NCBI GenBank assembly: GCA_015522685.1
Contig: WALU01000049.1
Span: forward strand, 22,441 to 86,440
DNA: 64,000 nt
Source of the DNA: Thermoproteota archaeon
Lineage (GTDB): Archaea; Korarchaeota; Korarchaeia; Korarchaeales; Korarchaeaceae
Direction: 5' to 3'
Each line of letters opens with the position of its first letter. The first letter of the stretch is position 1. Below, in pieces: positions 59,724 to 64,000 of this stretch. The notes below the pieces were generated by a model. It searched no databases and had not been told where the DNA came from. It saw only the letters and a list, made by a program, of their open reading frames with translations. A program made the position numbers and the translations under genes.

Positions 59724-60262
59724 GGCAAAGAATCGATTATTGATATGAAGTCTGAGGACCAGTTAAATCTCCCTAATTCTCTCCTCTTCCTTCCCCTTAA
59801 AAAATCTAAAACTACCCTAATCTCATCATCTGGCTTACTTTCACATCCATCTACTTCTACTATCCGTTCCCTTCCTATTATTACTAAGGCATCATAAACA
59901 GGACCATCTATCACTTCATACTCTATATTCTCTCTTATTTTACCTAGAGAATACCCCCTAGACCTCAATCTTTCCAAAAGGATTGAAGGTCTGCATCTAA
60001 TTACTACAGTGATTATTACGAGATCCTTCGGTATCGCGTTAGGGGAAATCGTTTCAACAACTAAGCATTTATTATCAACCAACTTTTTTATCTCTTCTGT
60101 GATTGGTACTTCATCTAAAATGAGAGAATTTCTTTTATGATCGATTCCTAAGATGAATCCCCTCTCCTTAGCCAATGATCCAACGTTTAGATAGTCGCAT
60201 CTTATCTTCGATGCTAGTCTCTTGGCCAATATTGTCTTGCCAGAACCTGGAGTTCCTATCAC
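59708..60262 (-). CDS. Adenylate kinase, AK6/Fap7 type
   Basis: GTPGSGKT, LERLRSRGYSLGKIRENIEYE. The tracked 5' extension is antisense to tRNA-Glu; the true start is ambiguous around 60262-60276. Confidence 0.85.
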   Translation of the reverse strand: MIGTPGSGKTILAKRLASKIRCDYLNVGSLAKERGFILGIDHKRNSLILDEVPITEEIKKLVDNKCLVVETISPNAIPKDLVIITVVIRCRPSILLERLRSRGYSLGKIRENIEYEVIDGPVYDALVIIGRERIVEVDGCESKPDDEIRVVLDFLRGRKRRELGRFNWSSDFISIIDSLPQDGQ

Positions 60263-60333
60263 AACAATTATCCCATGGGGCTTATCTTCTCTCGAGAAAT
60301 GTTTATATTCCCTATATCCATTCCATGCCTTAG

Positions 60334-60408
60334 GCTCCGGTGGTGTAGCCCGGCTAAGCATAGGGGCCTCTCGAGCCCCAGACCTGGGTTCAAATCCCGG
60401 CCGGAGCA
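60334..60408 (+). tRNA. tRNA-Glu(CTC), no encoded CCA
   Basis: GCTCCGG/CCGGAGC acceptor, GGGGC-CTCTCGA-GCCCC anticodon arm, TTCAAAT; TTTATA promoter upstream and a T-tract downstream. Confidence 0.97.
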
Positions 60409-60426
60409 TCATTTTTATCTACTCAC

Positions 60427-60810
60427 TTAGTATGGAAGTTCTCCAAAGAGGGAGATGATAGGATGAAAGTTCGCGATTCCAACTAAAGCTAGCCATAGTA
60501 CATAAGCTACCAAAGCTGTCACTATGAGACGAACTGGTTGTTTGTTATAGGCAGGAATTAGTAGAAATAAAGCCTGCATCATAACTAATATCAAGTAAAA
60601 GTTACTTAAAATTACATTTTGGGGTTGCATCCATACGATCATGACCCATACCCCTAGCTCAGCTATGAATAAAGCTACAGGAAATGTGAAAATGGCAAAT
60701 AATGCACCATAGATTGTTTCTACAAGTACTTTCTTTATGGCAGGGGGTAAGCCTCTCTTTCTTCTAATGGTAGAAGTCTTGCTCCTCCAACTCCTAGACG
60801 ATCTTAGCAT
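60427..60810 (-). CDS. Hypothetical membrane protein
   Basis: Basic N-terminus plus three TM segments; directly downstream of pyrH. Confidence 0.65.
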   Translation of the reverse strand: MLRSSRSWRSKTSTIRRKRGLPPAIKKVLVETIYGALFAIFTFPVALFIAELGVWVMIVWMQPQNVILSNFYLILVMMQALFLLIPAYNKQPVRLIVTALVAYVLWLALVGIANFHPIISLFGELPY

Positions 60811-60816
60811 ATAGAA

Positions 60817-61518
60817 TCACCCCAACTTTATAATGCTTCCTACATTCTTTCCTTCTATTAGATCGAGTAAAGCTTCTGGATTATCTCCACTTAAAATTAT
60901 CGTTGAGATAGACGATCTTCTCAGGATTTTAATTGACAATGCGTCGAGAAGCTCGTAAGTACCTGGATGATAGGATTTATCTATTATAATATGCTCTAAT
61001 TCATCATAAGTTAAAGTTTCTATCTTTTTAGCATCTGGATATAGCTTAGGATCCTTATCATAAACTCCATCGACTCCAGTCATTTTAGCAATAATGTTAA
61101 ACTCAAGCTTCTCAGCCAAGAGGGCAGCAACTGCATCTGTAGATTGACCTGGCTGCATCCCTCCACTTACAGGTATTCTATTCATTGCTATGGCAACTGC
61201 AGCATCTTCATAGCTCTTAACTATTTTAGGATAGGCTAAAGAGCCAAGAGAAGACATAATTACTGTAGCATGCAGCCTAGTAGCAAGTATTCCTGCATAA
61301 TCTTGGGTATAGTTATCTCCTCCCATGTTCCTAATCACATCTATGTATATCCTTGCTAGGTCACTGCCACCAGTTACTATCGCTATCTTAATACCCAAAC
61401 CCTTCAACTCTCTCACTACCTTCGATATCCTCATTATCAACGAATAATCTCCGCTCATTATGCTTTTGAATGTATATCCCCCCATTAGGAGGACTAAACC
61501 TTCTACCTTCGAGGCCAA
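60817..61518 (-). CDS. pyrH: UMP kinase
   Basis: VTGG...AR.YI, QPGQSTDAVAA, VDGVYDKDPK. Confidence 0.94.
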   Translation of the reverse strand: MASKVEGLVLLMGGYTFKSIMSGDYSLIMRISKVVRELKGLGIKIAIVTGGSDLARIYIDVIRNMGGDNYTQDYAGILATRLHATVIMSSLGSLAYPKIVKSYEDAAVAIAMNRIPVSGGMQPGQSTDAVAALLAEKLEFNIIAKMTGVDGVYDKDPKLYPDAKKIETLTYDELEHIIIDKSYHPGTYELLDALSIKILRRSSISTIILSGDNPEALLDLIEGKNVGSIIKLG

Positions 61519-61542
61519 AGGATCACCTTTCTCCTAAATAAC

Positions 61543-62529
61543 TTAGTAGAATCTTATGGCTCTTTCTAATCTAGATAAAAGTACAATTCTGCTTTGAGGT
61601 GACTCGTCTATTATATTATATCCAGATAAGCTAGCTAGTTTGCGAGCAAACTCCTTCACTTTCTCATGACTTGGCATATTCTCCCTTCTTAATCTCCTCC
61701 TTGAGTATCCTATCCACATGTAGGCCTTGGGCTCAACGTAAGTTGGCGTAGATCTCTTTATTATACGAGAAAATTCCCTGATAGTATCATCATCCATATT
61801 AAATTCTTTTATGAGGGGAATCCTCATTACCGTAGGACATGAAAATGATTGAAGGAGGTCTAAAGTTCTGTTTACCCTCTCCCAAGCATCAGACCATAAA
61901 GGCCTAGTTATCTCCATGTAAAGCTTCTCATTCGGGGCTGGTAAAGTGACATAAAGCTGAGTGGGCTCTTTCTCAAGCCTCTCTAATCTCTCTGGCAAGG
62001 TCCCATTTGTAACTATGAAAGTAGTCATTCCCCTTCTAGAATAAGCTTCAACCAATCCTCCTATATGAGGATATAATGTAGGCTCTCCTGTGAGAGATAT
62101 GGCGGCATGCTTTGGCTCTTCTGCCTCAAAAACCCATTCTCTCTTAAAAACCTTCACTCCCTTATATCCTTGGACCATCATTCGATGGAGCCTTATGCTC
62201 TCCTCAGCTATATCTTCAGGGTCATCCCATCTATCCGATTCATCAGGTACTTCTTTCCATCTATTCTCAAGGGGAACATCGCTAACATTTAATCTCCAGC
62301 AGTAAAGACATTGTAGATTGCAGAAGGATGCTGTTGGGGTCGTCTGTAGGCAGCGCCACGAAGGTATCCCGTAAAATTTGTGTTTATAACATGTCCTCCC
62401 TTCCATTAAGGCTTTTCTAAACCAATGGCATGGTTTTATGGCTGAATGATTTAGAACAATCTTATAGCCCTGCTTTTCCATGAGCTTTCTCACATAATTA
62501 GGTACCTTTACAATGCCAGTAGATAACAT
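61543..62529 (-). CDS. taw1: Radical SAM 4-demethylwyosine synthase (TYW1/Taw1)
   Basis: HSAIKPCHW, CYKHKFYGI, CNLQCLYCWR, HAAISLTGEPT. Confidence 0.95.
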   Translation of the reverse strand: MLSTGIVKVPNYVRKLMEKQGYKIVLNHSAIKPCHWFRKALMEGRTCYKHKFYGIPSWRCLQTTPTASFCNLQCLYCWRLNVSDVPLENRWKEVPDESDRWDDPEDIAEESIRLHRMMVQGYKGVKVFKREWVFEAEEPKHAAISLTGEPTLYPHIGGLVEAYSRRGMTTFIVTNGTLPERLERLEKEPTQLYVTLPAPNEKLYMEITRPLWSDAWERVNRTLDLLQSFSCPTVMRIPLIKEFNMDDDTIREFSRIIKRSTPTYVEPKAYMWIGYSRRRLRRENMPSHEKVKEFARKLASLSGYNIIDESPQSRIVLLSRLERAIRFY

Positions 62530-62563
62530 CTTTATCCATTCTGAGTCCTTGTTCTAGATAATA

Positions 62564-63187
62564 ATGATTCTTCCCATGTTGGTAAGTAAGCAGTTAGAGT
62601 TAGCTCGCGATGAGCTAGAGCGTCTGAATTCATTAAGGGAGGAAGCAATGAAGCTGTCAAGGAAATGGCTTTCTCTCTGCAGAAATTCGATCCTGAAAGC
62701 TAGGGAGAAGAGGGAATTGGGTCATGTAGAGGACCAGCTGAGGTCTATGATAGAGGAAGTCAATAAATTTCTCAGAAGATGCACACTGCAGTTAGGCTAC
62801 CTCGATAGTTCCGTAAGATCCTTGATTTCTGACTCTCTCCAAGAGGCAGTAGAAGGTATAGCCCTAGCGAGGTTTCTAAGGGGAATGGAAATACCTAGTC
62901 ATAAGGAGCTCAATGTTAGCCCCAGGGAATATGTACTAGGAATTGGAGATGCCGTAGGAGAGCTTAGGAGAGTAGCTCTCCAGCTTTTAATAGAAAGGAA
63001 AATAACTGATGCCGAGAAACTGGTATCATATATGGACGAGATATATGAAAACCTAAACTCTATGGTATTTCCTGATTCGCTTCTGCCTGTAAGAAGGAAG
63101 GCTGATGTCGCTAGATCTCTTATAGAGAAGACTCTCTCTGAGATTATTATGATGAAAACTTCCACCGAGGTAAGAAGCGATGAGTAG
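62564..63187 (+). CDS. Translin/TRAX-family protein
   Basis: LREEAMKLSR, QEAVEG, YVLGIGDAVGELRR, RRKADVAR. Confidence 0.9.
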   Translation: MILPMLVSKQLELARDELERLNSLREEAMKLSRKWLSLCRNSILKAREKRELGHVEDQLRSMIEEVNKFLRRCTLQLGYLDSSVRSLISDSLQEAVEGIALARFLRGMEIPSHKELNVSPREYVLGIGDAVGELRRVALQLLIERKITDAEKLVSYMDEIYENLNSMVFPDSLLPVRRKADVARSLIEKTLSEIIMMKTSTEVRSDE

Positions 63188-63857
63188 GGAATTAAAAGAA
63201 CTAGATCCATATACCTCACATTTGCTATTGGCTGTAATCCTCCTTGGAGGATCTAAGAAGCCTGTAAGAGCTTCCGATTTATGCGAATACTTGGGCACCT
63301 CTAGGGCAACAATATCAAGGTGGATATCAAAAGCTGATAATCTCGGCTTTTTGAGATCAATTATAGCCAAGAGGGTTCAATACATAATGGCTACTCAGAA
63401 ATCCTTAGAATTGATCAAGACGATATATGAAATGACCGAGGGAGTAAAATGGGATAAAGAGGTGCTAATGGCAGAGGTATTCTCAGGCATGAGAGAAGGT
63501 GCATATTATATATCTCGTCCAGATTATGTAATGGGTTTTAAGGAGATAGTGGGATATACGCCATTTCCAGGCACACTGAATTTGAAAATAAGGGAGGAAA
63601 ATGTTATCAAGGTCAAGGAATGGAGGAGAAAAGTTAGGCCAAGAGTTGTACCAGGTTTTGTTGAAGCGGGGAGGGCCTTTGGAGAGGTAGAAGTGCTCCC
63701 AGTAGAGCTCAATGGATCAATACATGCTCATGCTATATTTCCTCTTAGGAGGCATTACGGTGATAATGTATTGGAAGTAATATATCCTGAAAGCTTAAGA
63801 GTCAAACTAGATCTGAAAGATGGGGATATAGTAGCAGTTACACTGGAGACATGGTAA
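63180..63857 (+). CDS. ribK: CTP-dependent riboflavin kinase with N-terminal HTH (RbkR type)
   Basis: HTH SRATISRW; SGMREGAYY, PFPGTLN, LEVI...LR..L.LKDGD. Confidence 0.92.
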   Translation: MSRELKELDPYTSHLLLAVILLGGSKKPVRASDLCEYLGTSRATISRWISKADNLGFLRSIIAKRVQYIMATQKSLELIKTIYEMTEGVKWDKEVLMAEVFSGMREGAYYISRPDYVMGFKEIVGYTPFPGTLNLKIREENVIKVKEWRRKVRPRVVPGFVEAGRAFGEVEVLPVELNGSIHAHAIFPLRRHYGDNVLEVIYPESLRVKLDLKDGDIVAVTLETW

Positions 63858-63930
63858 TGGGCCGGGGGGGAATCGAACCCCCGGTCTCCGCCTCGTCAAG
63901 GCGGCGTCATAGCCTCTAGACCACCGGCCC
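63858..63930 (-). tRNA. tRNA-Val(GAC), no encoded CCA
   Basis: Minus strand GGGCCGG...CCGCC-TTGACGA-GGCGG...TTCGATT...CCGGCCCA; A-rich BRE and TTTAAG upstream. Confidence 0.97.
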
Positions 63931-64000
63931 CTCTGACCCAAGGAAGAGGTCCTTAAATAAGTTTTTTAAAGAGAATATCCCAGCATCTTGCCACTAGGAC

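Noticed and set aside
60277-60412. N-terminal extension of the 234-aa kinase ORF
   Set aside because: It is the antisense of tRNA-Glu and its promoter, not coding.
55984-63930. Integrated element bounded by tRNA att sites
   Set aside because: The repeats are inverted full-length tRNAs, the cargo is mostly core genes, and there is no integrase.

Overview
Gene-dense archaeal chromosome segment. TATA/BRE promoters, GGTGA/GAGG ribosome-binding sites, Rpo8, an arcadin-1-like gene, TYW1 and CTP-dependent riboflavin kinase point to a thermophilic TACK archaeon; Korarchaeia is my inference, not proven. Most of it is housekeeping: XPB-Bax1, XPD, two ABC exporters, ilvBNC, aroB'/aroE/aroK, thrCB, glyA, metE-like, guaA, tldD/pmbA, hppA, SUI1, pyrH and three tRNAs (Val-CAC, Glu-CTC, Val-GAC). 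It also carries a complete Tat-exported, cytochrome b-anchored formate dehydrogenase locus with a ModE-like regulator. Features missing from the ORF track: a C/D-box sRNA whose D-guide predicts 2'-O-methylation of 16S C1402, two microproteins, about six decayed genes, several operator palindromes, and three genes whose conserved N-termini lack a canonical start codon. The best candidates for uncharacterised systems are (i) a TFB paralog, a 44-aa coiled-coil peptide and a membrane-anchored VirB4/HerA ATPase in one apparent operon, and (ii) a presenilin-type protease paired with a HerA-like ATPase that has a CdvA-like coiled-coil tail. No CRISPR array, transposase or integrase was seen. All family calls come from motif recognition, not database searches.
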